Position numbers and translations under genes: made by a program. This document shows, piece after piece, positions 9,075-17,655 of a DNA stretch of 64,000 nt. Location of the stretch: the NCBI GenBank assembly GCA_040767085.1, contig JAXGPF010000008.1, forward strand, positions 64,001-128,000, given 5' to 3'. The notes beneath the pieces were generated by a model. It had not been told where the DNA came from. It did not search any database and was given only the letters and a program-made list of their open reading frames with translations. This DNA comes from Kiritimatiellia bacterium. Lineage in GTDB: Bacteria; Verrucomicrobiota; Kiritimatiellia; JAAZAB01. Every line of letters starts with the position of its first letter. Positions within the stretch are counted from its first letter, which is position 1.

Positions 9075-10508
9075 ATGAATCGTTGTTTAAGCGCGGTGTT
9101 GGCTGGTATTTTACTGGTGACGAATGGCTGGAGCGCGGCGCGCGACGACTTGCAGGCGCTGGTGTCCGCCGCCATGGAGTGGAATCCGCGGATCAGGGCG
9201 GCCGTCTGTCAGCAGGAACAGGCCGCCGCCGACCGCGCCGGGCTGCGCGGCTTCTTCGATCCGCAGCTTTCGGCCGGCGGCGAATACCTGGATTCGGTTT
9301 ACGGCCGGCGCGAGACCCTGCTGCAGGCCGGTGTGCATGCGCCGGTGGGCCCCGGCGTCTACCTGGACGCCGCCGTGGAAGAGCGTTTTTTCGACCAGAT
9401 GGGCGATGTGGATTCGACCAGCCTGGAATACGACCGCCTGATTCAAAGCCGGGTCTGGCTGGGATTGAATGTGCCCCTGCTGCAGGACCGCGGCTGGCGG
9501 CAGTGGCGGTTGGAGGATTTGCAGGCGCGGCACGCGGTGGCGGCGGCGGACCGGCAATTGCTGGCAGTGCGGCAGGAAGTGCGCCGGGAAGTCGAGCAGC
9601 AGTATTTCACGCTGATCGAAGCCCGGGCTTCGATCAACGTCGCCAAATCGGCCGCCGAGCGCGCGGAGAAACTGCTGCGCGAAGCGGAAGCCATGGTCAG
9701 CGTGCAGGCGCTGCCGGAATACCAGGTGTATGCCGCGCGTTCCGCGGCGGCTTTGCGCCAGGAGGAAGTGCTGGCAGCCCGCCAGAATTACGATGCCGCC
9801 GTGCTGGTGCTGAACTCGCTGGTCGGAGCGCCCGTCCCCCCCGCGCTGTCGGACCCGGCCCTGGAAGATTTAATTGACTGGGCCATGGCGTTGCGGCTGC
9901 CGGAGCAGTACCGCCTGGCCCAAATCCTTTCCGCGCGCGGCAACTACGCCCGGATCATGTCGCAGATCGAGGCGGACCGCGCCGCCCGCGACCTGGCGGA
10001 AGACCAGTTGCGGTCCCGGTTGAGCCTGGTGCTGGAAACCACCCTGCAGGGGGAGGACCCCGACGACCTGGCGGCCACCGGCCGATACCTCAGCGCGCGC
10101 AATGCCGGCGTGCTGGCCGGCGTGGTGTGGAGCCGTCCCTGGGGCTACCGCGCGGAAAAAGCCCAGGTGCGTGTCAAAACCGCCCAACTGGCTGAGCAGG
10201 GCGAGTCGCTGCGGCAGGCGGAGTTGACGATTGCCACAGAACTGGCGGTGGCGCATAAGCGGTTTGCCTCCGCCCACGGGCGGTTGCGGGAGGCGTCGGC
10301 CGCGGTGGCCGCCGCCCAACTGGCGCTGGACTCCGAGGATGAGCGTTTCCGCCTGGGCGAAGGGCGCAGCCGAAATGTGCTGGATGCGCAAAAAGACTTG
10401 ACGGACGCGTTAAAACGGCAAATAGTAGCAGGCGTGGAATTATTGCGCGCTTATTATGCGTTTGATTTCGCCGCCGGGTACAGCCTGGCGGACGCCGAGG
10501 AATTATGA
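9075..10508 (+). CDS. TolC-family outer membrane efflux protein
   Basis: Signal peptide; two OEP helical repeats (LNVPLLQDRG; ERFRLGEGRSRNVLDAQKDL). Confidence 0.85.
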   Translation: MNRCLSAVLAGILLVTNGWSAARDDLQALVSAAMEWNPRIRAAVCQQEQAAADRAGLRGFFDPQLSAGGEYLDSVYGRRETLLQAGVHAPVGPGVYLDAAVEERFFDQMGDVDSTSLEYDRLIQSRVWLGLNVPLLQDRGWRQWRLEDLQARHAVAAADRQLLAVRQEVRREVEQQYFTLIEARASINVAKSAAERAEKLLREAEAMVSVQALPEYQVYAARSAAALRQEEVLAARQNYDAAVLVLNSLVGAPVPPALSDPALEDLIDWAMALRLPEQYRLAQILSARGNYARIMSQIEADRAARDLAEDQLRSRLSLVLETTLQGEDPDDLAATGRYLSARNAGVLAGVVWSRPWGYRAEKAQVRVKTAQLAEQGESLRQAELTIATELAVAHKRFASAHGRLREASAAVAAAQLALDSEDERFRLGEGRSRNVLDAQKDLTDALKRQIVAGVELLRAYYAFDFAAGYSLADAEEL

Positions 10509-11329
10509 TGACGAGATTGCGGAATTTATTCGGTTTCGGCGAGGACCGGGATGATGATTTGCAGCCGCCGCTGGAAAACTCCATCCTGCCCGATCACCAG
10601 CGCGACAAGCTGGAGCGGGATATCCAGATCCTGGAGGATGAATACGGCCTCAAGGAAAAGCAACTGCACAAGGAGGCGGAGCGCCAGGTGCAGGATGCCG
10701 CCAAGGATTCGCTCAAGCAGATGCACGTGATCCAGATGGGGCGCTGCCCGCATTGCGGCGAGCACTTGAGCGAGCATATGTTCGCCGCCATTTGCGAATC
10801 CTGCGGGTGGAATACCTTCGACGTACCGCGCACCGGCCCGATCAAGGTGCATTTGAAGGACCATGCCACCGTGCTGGACGCCCAGCGCTGTTACGTGACT
10901 TCGGCCGGGGATGTCTTTGTGGTCAATAACGATGTGGTCACCGCGCGCCTGCTCAAGGGGGCGGTGGATTGGATCGAGTACCCCTGGTCGTCCGAGGAAC
11001 TGGACCAGCGCTACAAGGCGACGCTGGAGCGCCTGCACATCACCTGCGGCTGGTGCAACAGCAAGGTGGATCCCTCCAGCGAAGGCTTCCATATGGTGCA
11101 CGTGGCTTTCGGCGCCAGCCAGGAGCGCTATGTGTTTTGTTCGGACGCCTGTTACGAGGCTTTCCGCAAGATGTACCCCGCCCGCGTGCATCGCAATTGT
11201 TACGAACGCAAATGCTCGGAATGCAATCTGTGCGTGAAGCGGTACGATGACGACGAGGATGGCAGCATGCGCCTGATTGCCAAGGACCTGCTGCGTTTCA
11301 AGGCTTTTAGAAAACAGCAATCGGGTTAA
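10505..11329 (+). CDS. Cys-rich putative metal-binding protein (coiled coil, Zn ribbon, TRASH-like module)
   Basis: CPHC..CESC, CGWC..FCSDAC, HRNC..CSECNLC; start overlaps the TolC stop. Confidence 0.75.
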   Translation: MMTRLRNLFGFGEDRDDDLQPPLENSILPDHQRDKLERDIQILEDEYGLKEKQLHKEAERQVQDAAKDSLKQMHVIQMGRCPHCGEHLSEHMFAAICESCGWNTFDVPRTGPIKVHLKDHATVLDAQRCYVTSAGDVFVVNNDVVTARLLKGAVDWIEYPWSSEELDQRYKATLERLHITCGWCNSKVDPSSEGFHMVHVAFGASQERYVFCSDACYEAFRKMYPARVHRNCYERKCSECNLCVKRYDDDEDGSMRLIAKDLLRFKAFRKQQSG

Positions 11330-11335
11330 TCGAAT

Positions 11336-12379
11336 ATGGGCGTGGTGCATACTCCCGGGCCGGGCCGGCCCATGCCGCTGCCGGCCAAAACGCGACGCTG
11401 GCTGGCGCGCCGCATGTTGCTGCGGCTGGGCGCGGCGCTGGTGCTGGTGGCCATCGCCGGCTGGTTCATCCGCGTGCCGCGCGTGGTCTGGGCCAACGGC
11501 AATGTGATTTCCGAGGAATACGCCGAAATCCGGCCCGCCGTGGCCGGCACGGTGCAATCCATCGCGGCGCATTCAGGCGACCAGGTGCGGCGCGGCGACC
11601 TGCTGGTGCAGTTGGATAATGCCGAGGCGCTGGCCACCCTGGAGGAGGCGCGGCGCCAGATGCACAAGGCCGAAGCGGAGTTGACGCGGCGCGAGGCGGA
11701 AGTCGCCGAGCAGAAACGCCGCCGGGCCGAAGATATGGCGGTGGTGGACCTGCGCCTGCAGAATGCGCGCAGCCGCCTGGCCCGCATCAAGGAATTGCTC
11801 AGCCGCGGGCTGGTGGCCGGCAGCGCCCTGGAGGACGAACAGTTGAAGGTGGACCTGATCCAGGCCGAGTTGGAATCGCTGCGCCAGCAGGATATGAGCG
11901 TTTATGACAAGGAATTGGCCGTGGTGCGGGAGGAACTGGCGGCCCGGCGGGAGGCCGTCACGCGCGCCGAAGCCGCCGCGCAGGCCCGCGCTATCCGCGC
12001 GCCGATTGACGGCCAGGTGCTGCGCTACGAATTCGTCACCGGCGAAATGGTCCGGCCCGACGTGGTGCTGATGGAAATTTTCGGCGGCGAGGGGCAGGTG
12101 CTGAAACTGCGGATACCCGAGCGCCATGCGGCGCGCGTGAAGGCCGGCGACCCTTATCGCGCGCGCCTGGCCTCCTACGGCGGCTTGCGGGACATCTGGT
12201 TCCGGGGCGAGGTCCAGCATCTGCGCAATGTGATTCAATACGAAGGCGCATCCGGTTACCGGGTGGCTTACTGCAGTTTCGATCCGCAAGGCCGGGGCGT
12301 GCCGCCCGGCGCCACGGCTGAAGCGCGGGTGTATTGCGGCCGCACGCGGCTTTGGCTGTTCCTGCTGGGTCTGGAATAA
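11336..12379 (+). CDS. HlyD-family membrane fusion protein
   Basis: TM anchor, lipoyl half-motifs (IRPAVAGTV..GDQVRRGDLLVQLD and IRAPIDGQV), long coiled coil. Confidence 0.9.
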   Translation: MGVVHTPGPGRPMPLPAKTRRWLARRMLLRLGAALVLVAIAGWFIRVPRVVWANGNVISEEYAEIRPAVAGTVQSIAAHSGDQVRRGDLLVQLDNAEALATLEEARRQMHKAEAELTRREAEVAEQKRRRAEDMAVVDLRLQNARSRLARIKELLSRGLVAGSALEDEQLKVDLIQAELESLRQQDMSVYDKELAVVREELAARREAVTRAEAAAQARAIRAPIDGQVLRYEFVTGEMVRPDVVLMEIFGGEGQVLKLRIPERHAARVKAGDPYRARLASYGGLRDIWFRGEVQHLRNVIQYEGASGYRVAYCSFDPQGRGVPPGATAEARVYCGRTRLWLFLLGLE

Positions 12380-12432
12380 ATCCGCCGCCGTGCCGGCGCG
12401 CCATGCCAGGCAGCCGCGCCGCAACCTTTTTC

Positions 12433-14190
12433 ATGACGCCCCCCGGAAAATCCGAGCTGGCGCAGGTGATGGAATTCCTGCGGCCTTATCGCGTGCGCCT
12501 GGTGCAAATGCTGCTGTTGACCACGGCGCTTTCGATCCTGGCCATGCTGCCGCCGCTGTTGACCCGGGCGTTCATTGACCGCGTGGTGGAAGGCGGCCAT
12601 CGGAATCTGTTCCTGCCGCTGAGCGTCGGTCTGTTGCTGACGCCGCTCCTGGTGGCCGTGGCCGGTTTCCTGCAAACGCAGGGGATCGCCTATATCGGGC
12701 AGCGCTTTGTTTTCGACCTGCGCTGCGCCTTGTACCGGCACTTGCTCGCCATGTCGCTCCGCTTTTTCGGCCGGCACAGCACGGGGATGCTCTTGAACCG
12801 GCTGATGGGCGATTCCGGCGTTGTGGCCAACATGCTGTCCGCCCAGACCATCGGCATTCTGTCCGACCTGGTCTGCTCCTCCTTCGCGCTGGTGGTGACT
12901 TTCGTCATCAACTGGCGCCTGGCGCTGGTGATCGCCCTGGTCGTGGTCATTTTCCTTGTCAATTACCATTACAACATCCGGCGCATCCGCGAGGCGTCCT
13001 GGCAGTACAAGCGCTCCTACGACCGCATGTCCGGCGGCGTGCAGAACCGGCTCGTGGCGGGCCTGACGGTCAAAAGTTTCGGCGCCGAGGAGCGCGAGCA
13101 GGATGCGTTCGAGGGCGACTCCGCGGAAAGCGCCGTGCTGCACCAGAACGCCGGCTTCGCCGGGAACGTCTTCCAGCAGAATACGGCCCTGATCCAGAAT
13201 CTCGGACGGGCCATCCTGTATTTCATGGGGTGCGCCATGGTGCTCCGCGGCGACATGACTTACGGCGATGTGCTGGCCTTCACCACCTACGCCATGCAGT
13301 TGCTGGGGCCGGCCGTGCGGTTTTCGGAACTGGCGCGCCCCCTGCAGGATGTGCGGATCGCCGTGGAACGCATCATGGAGCTCTACCGCCAGCAGCCGGA
13401 AGTGCGGGACGATCCGGCGGCCGCGCCGCTGCCGTCCGCCATCCGCGGCCGCGTGGACTTCGAGAAGGTGGATTTCCATTACAACCCCGGCCAGCCGGTG
13501 CTGCGGGAATTCACCTTGCGGGTGAACGCCGGCGAGACCGTGGCGCTGGTCGGCCCCACCGGCTGCGGCAAGAGCACGGTGATGCTTTTGCTGATGCGGT
13601 TTTTCGACGTGTGCGGCGGGAGTTTGAAAATTGACGGCCGCGATGTGCGCGGCATCCGGCTCCGCGATTTGCGCGCCCAGTTCGGCGTGGTGCTGCAGGA
13701 GCCGCTGCTGTTTAACGTCAGCATTGCCGACAACATCCGCTATGCCCGACCCCGCGCCACCCCGGCGGAAATCGAAGCGGCGGCGCGCGTGGCGGAAATC
13801 CACGACTTCATCGCCACGCTGCCGCAAGGCTATCAAACCATGCTGGGCAGCGAGGGCCTGCAGTTGTCGGTGGGACAGAAACAGCGCCTGACCATCGCGC
13901 GCGCGGTGCTGACCGATCCGGCGATCCTGATCATGGACGAGGCGACCAGTTCGCTTGACAGCGACTCGGAACGCGCCATCCAGACGGCGCTGCGGCGGGT
14001 GCTGCGCAATCGCACGGCCTTCATCGTGGCGCACCGGTTGAGCACCATCCGCGACGCCCACCGCATCATCCTGATCCGCGCCGGCAGGATTATCGAGAGC
14101 GGCAGCCATGCAGAACTGATGGCCCTGCCGGACGGCGCCTACAGCGCGCTTTACAACCGCCATGTCGCCAAAGGGGTAATTGATGATTAG
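12433..14190 (+). CDS. ABC exporter half-transporter (TMD+NBD)
   Basis: GPTGCGKS, signature LSVGQKQR, DEATSSLD, VAHRLST. Start approximate. Confidence 0.9.
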   Translation: MTPPGKSELAQVMEFLRPYRVRLVQMLLLTTALSILAMLPPLLTRAFIDRVVEGGHRNLFLPLSVGLLLTPLLVAVAGFLQTQGIAYIGQRFVFDLRCALYRHLLAMSLRFFGRHSTGMLLNRLMGDSGVVANMLSAQTIGILSDLVCSSFALVVTFVINWRLALVIALVVVIFLVNYHYNIRRIREASWQYKRSYDRMSGGVQNRLVAGLTVKSFGAEEREQDAFEGDSAESAVLHQNAGFAGNVFQQNTALIQNLGRAILYFMGCAMVLRGDMTYGDVLAFTTYAMQLLGPAVRFSELARPLQDVRIAVERIMELYRQQPEVRDDPAAAPLPSAIRGRVDFEKVDFHYNPGQPVLREFTLRVNAGETVALVGPTGCGKSTVMLLLMRFFDVCGGSLKIDGRDVRGIRLRDLRAQFGVVLQEPLLFNVSIADNIRYARPRATPAEIEAAARVAEIHDFIATLPQGYQTMLGSEGLQLSVGQKQRLTIARAVLTDPAILIMDEATSSLDSDSERAIQTALRRVLRNRTAFIVAHRLSTIRDAHRIILIRAGRIIESGSHAELMALPDGAYSALYNRHVAKGVIDD

Positions 14191-16162
14191 GGTGAAATTA
14201 TCCCACCGCCGGCGCAACCTTGAGTTCCGTCCGGTTTACCGGCCCCGCGACCGCAAGGTCGGGGAAGCGGCGCTGTTCTGGCGGTTCATCCGCAATTACC
14301 TGCTGCCCTACCGCCGGATTATCCTGCTCTGCGTCCTGCTGGCGGCGCTGGATAGTTGCGGCTCGTTTTACCTGATCGCCTGGTATACGCGGGTGGTGGT
14401 GGACAAGGTGCTGGTGGTCCGCCCCGCGGCCGCGCCGCCATCCACCGCCGCCGGCTTGCACGAAGAGCCGCAAGCTTTCGCCCCGTTGAACGCGGCCGAC
14501 CGCCGCGGCCAGCACCAGCCGCGGGTCGGCCTGCATCGCGCGCTGGAAACGGCGCCCCTGGCCGGCGGACGGCCGCCGCGCGCCGGCATGCTGCTGGCGG
14601 GTTTGTTTGTCCTCTACCTGCTGACCATCCTGGCGGGCAACCTGATTAACCGCCTGGCTATCCGGCACCGCATCATGGTCGGACGGCGGATCACCAACCG
14701 GCTGCGGGACGATATGCATGAACACGTGATCCGCCTGAGCGTTTCCGCGCAGTCGGCGCATACCCCCGGCCGCCTGATGGCCCGCATCCTCTCCGATGTC
14801 GAAGCGGTGCAGGAATACATGTTGACGCTGATCATCAACGCTTCCAGCCAGTTGATCATGGTGCTGGTCGGCATGTTGCTGCTGGCGCTGATTGACGGGC
14901 GGATCGCCCTGATGGTGCTGGCGATCATGCCGCTGTATGTCATCATCTACCGCGTGGCGCGGCCCCACTTGCGCCGCAACAACCAGGAATTGCGCCATAC
15001 CAACGCCTGCCTCTACGGGCTGGTATCGCAGAAACTGGACGCCATCCGCCTGATCCAGTCCGGCAACCGCGAGAAACGCGAATTGCTGGCATTCTTCCGG
15101 CTGGTCAGCTGCTACCTGCGCGACAGCCTACACCAGGCCTTCCTCGGCTCGTTGAGCGGGCGCCTGGCGGAATTAGTGCGCGCCCTGGGGACGAATGGCG
15201 CGGTTTTCATCTACGGGATGCAGCAGGTGCTGGCCGGCCGGATCAGCCTGGGGGGAATGCTGTACGCCTATGCCACGGCCGCCTCCCTGTTTTCGCCCGT
15301 GCTGGCGCTCAGCCGCCTGAACATGGTGGTGTCCAACCTGCTGGTTTCCCTGCAGCGGCTGGCGGAGATCATGGACGAGCCGGCAGTGATCGCCGACGCA
15401 CCCGATGCCCGGGACCTGGCTTTGCCCCTGCGCCACGGGATTGAAATCTCCGGCCTGCAGTTTGGGTATGACGCCCGGCAGCCGCCGGTGTTGCGCGGGC
15501 TTGACCTGTTTGTGCCGGCTGGAACCTGGATGTGCATCATGGGTCCCAGCGGATCGGGGAAAACCACCCTGTTGTATCTGCTGGCCCGCCTGCTGGAACG
15601 CACTGGCGGCGCCATTCTGCTGGATGGAACACCGCTGGAAAAAATCCGGCTGGAAGCCCTGCGCCGGCAAGTGGCGCTGGTGCCGCAGGAACCGCAGATC
15701 ATCAGCGGCACCGTGCGCGATAACATCTGTTACGGACGGCCCGGAGCCGAACCGGGCGAAATCATGGCCGCCGCCCAAGCCGCCGAGTTTCACGACTTTG
15801 TCATTTCCATGCCCGTGCAATACGAAACTCTGCTGGGCGAAAAGGGCGCCAGCCTCTCCGGCGGCCAGCGCCAGCGCCTTTCCCTCGCCCGGGCACTGCT
15901 GACCCGGCCGGAAATCCTGCTGCTGGACGACTGCACTTCGGCCCTGGACGCGGAGACGGAGCACCGCATCCAGGAAACCCTGGCGCGCGTGCTGCGCGGC
16001 AAGACCGCTGTGCTGGTCTCGCAGCGCGTTTCCATGGCCCAGCGCTGCCGGACGGTATGCGTGCTGCAGGACGGCCAGATCGCGGAAATCGGCGCGCCGG
16101 ACGAATTGCGGACGCGCGGCGGTTATTACGCGCGGTTGTACGCCCAGCAGACGGGGAATTGA
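14180..16162 (+). CDS. ABC exporter half-transporter (TMD+NBD), degenerate catalytic residues
   Basis: GPSGSGKT, LSGGQRQR, Walker B LLLDD (E to D), switch VSQR (H to Q). Confidence 0.9.
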   Translation: MMIRVKLSHRRRNLEFRPVYRPRDRKVGEAALFWRFIRNYLLPYRRIILLCVLLAALDSCGSFYLIAWYTRVVVDKVLVVRPAAAPPSTAAGLHEEPQAFAPLNAADRRGQHQPRVGLHRALETAPLAGGRPPRAGMLLAGLFVLYLLTILAGNLINRLAIRHRIMVGRRITNRLRDDMHEHVIRLSVSAQSAHTPGRLMARILSDVEAVQEYMLTLIINASSQLIMVLVGMLLLALIDGRIALMVLAIMPLYVIIYRVARPHLRRNNQELRHTNACLYGLVSQKLDAIRLIQSGNREKRELLAFFRLVSCYLRDSLHQAFLGSLSGRLAELVRALGTNGAVFIYGMQQVLAGRISLGGMLYAYATAASLFSPVLALSRLNMVVSNLLVSLQRLAEIMDEPAVIADAPDARDLALPLRHGIEISGLQFGYDARQPPVLRGLDLFVPAGTWMCIMGPSGSGKTTLLYLLARLLERTGGAILLDGTPLEKIRLEALRRQVALVPQEPQIISGTVRDNICYGRPGAEPGEIMAAAQAAEFHDFVISMPVQYETLLGEKGASLSGGQRQRLSLARALLTRPEILLLDDCTSALDAETEHRIQETLARVLRGKTAVLVSQRVSMAQRCRTVCVLQDGQIAEIGAPDELRTRGGYYARLYAQQTGN

Positions 16163-16191
16163 GCCGCCGCGCGCCAACCTGAATTGCGCAT

Positions 16192-17259
16192 TCAGAGTTG
16201 ATGGTTGGCCCGGTAAAATTTGCGGCGCCGCGCCTTGATGACAAGGCCGGCGCCGGCGCCGGCGGCCGCCAGGGCCGCCGCCGCCAGCACGGCCAACCAG
16301 GCCGGCCACCGCGGCCCGGCCGCCTGGCTGTCAGGGGCGGGGGCCGGGGTGGGCGCCGGCGCGGGAACCGGCGGCGGCGCGGCAGGTTTGGCGGGCGCCC
16401 TGGCAAAGCCCAGCGCGAGCAATTCCGCCGCCTTGGCGTCCCGGGTTTTCTTGTCCGGGCAGCCGAGCAGGACGGCGATGATGCGGGTGTCGCCGCGTTT
16501 GGCGGTGGCGATCATGGAATAGCCGGCCTGGCGGAAGTAGCCGGTTTTCATCCCGTCGCATCCCGCGCAGGTGAACAACAGGCTGTTGTGGCTGCGCATG
16601 ACAAACGGCGGCTGCTCGCGGAACGGGCGTTCGACGGTGGAGGTGTAACGCAGGCTTGCCGGGTAGGCCAGGACCGCCCGGGCCAGGCGCGCCAGGTCGC
16701 GGGCCGTACTGACGTCCGGCTGCTGGCCCGCGGCCGGGGGCAGGCCGTGGACGGAATGGAACTGCGTCGCTTGCATGCGCAGGCTCCGCGCCTGCCGGTT
16801 CATCATTTCCACGAAGCGGTCTTTGCCGCCGGCGATGTGAATGGCCAGGGCCGTGGCGGCGTCGTTGGCGGACTGTACCATCAGCGCGTAAAGCAATTCG
16901 TCCACCGTGAAGGACTCGTTTTCCTGGAGGTAAACCTGCGAGCCGCCGATCCGGGCGGCCTCGGCGGTTACACGCACCGGGTCGTCCGGCTGCAGCTTGC
17001 CCGCCTGGATCGCCTGCAGGACCAGCAGCAGGTCCATGACTTTGAGCACGCTGGCGGGATAGCCCGGCGCGTCCGAGCGGTCTTCATAGAGGATCATGCC
17101 GGTGTCGGCGTCGGTCACAATGGCGCCCAGGTAAGGCGTTCCGATACGGGTTTCGATCTGGGCGCGCGCGGCGCGGACGGCATCCGGCCGCCCCGCGGCC
17201 AGCAGGCAGGCCAGGCCGATGCCGGCGCGCCAGGCAGCGGACGGAAGTCGTGCATGCAT
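16192..17259 (-). CDS. D-alanyl-D-alanine carboxypeptidase (peptidase S11)
   Basis: PASVLK (SxxK), SANDAA (SxN), KTG; Pro-rich linker and C-terminal TM anchor. Confidence 0.92.
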   Translation of the reverse strand: MHARLPSAAWRAGIGLACLLAAGRPDAVRAARAQIETRIGTPYLGAIVTDADTGMILYEDRSDAPGYPASVLKVMDLLLVLQAIQAGKLQPDDPVRVTAEAARIGGSQVYLQENESFTVDELLYALMVQSANDAATALAIHIAGGKDRFVEMMNRQARSLRMQATQFHSVHGLPPAAGQQPDVSTARDLARLARAVLAYPASLRYTSTVERPFREQPPFVMRSHNSLLFTCAGCDGMKTGYFRQAGYSMIATAKRGDTRIIAVLLGCPDKKTRDAKAAELLALGFARAPAKPAAPPPVPAPAPTPAPAPDSQAAGPRWPAWLAVLAAAALAAAGAGAGLVIKARRRKFYRANHQL

Positions 17260-17412
17260 ATTGATAAGCCCTGAATTTCCGCGATACGAACGATGATGCG
17301 GCCGGTGCGGCGGCGCATGGTTTGACCGGAAATATGGCCGCCGCCGGCGCGGATGTCAAGCGTTTATCCGCCGGCGGCATATAACCGGCAGCGAAATATT
17401 ATTAAAAAATAT

Positions 17413-17442
17413 TTGACAAATTCCGGGACGGTGGATAATAAT
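17413..17442 (+). promoter_or_regulatory. Putative sigma70 promoter of the ilv leader
   Basis: TTGACA at 17413; AT-rich -10 (TAATAA/AATAAT) 17-18 nt downstream. Confidence 0.5.
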
Positions 17443-17450
17443 GCCCGCGC

Positions 17451-17573
17451 ATGAAAAATTATCACACCACCGTAGTCATCCGCGAGGTTAACGGCGCGTT
17501 GCGCGGGGCGCTCGTATTGCGCCTGGCCGTGCCGGGCGCCTGGCACGGTGGTCAACCCCTGCAGCCGGCTTGA
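17451..17573 (+). CDS. ilvB leader peptide (40 aa, Val/Ile/Leu clusters)
   Basis: Translates as MKNYHTTVVIREVNGALRGALVLRLAVPGAWHGGQPLQPA*; followed by antiterminator/terminator structures. Confidence 0.7.
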   Translation: MKNYHTTVVIREVNGALRGALVLRLAVPGAWHGGQPLQPA

Positions 17574-17597
17574 ATCTGCCGGATGATCCAGGAGCCC

Positions 17598-17630
17598 AAC
17601 CCACCGTGCGCAAGCGGTGGGTTTTTTTTT
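17598..17630 (+). terminator. Attenuator terminator upstream of ilvB
   Basis: CCCACCG-tgcgcaag-CGGTGGG followed by T9. The 5' arm CCACCGTG (17601-8) can instead pair with CACGGTGG (17544-51). Confidence 0.8.
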
Positions 17631-17655
17631 AGCGTTGGACGAAGGGAGGGCGGCG

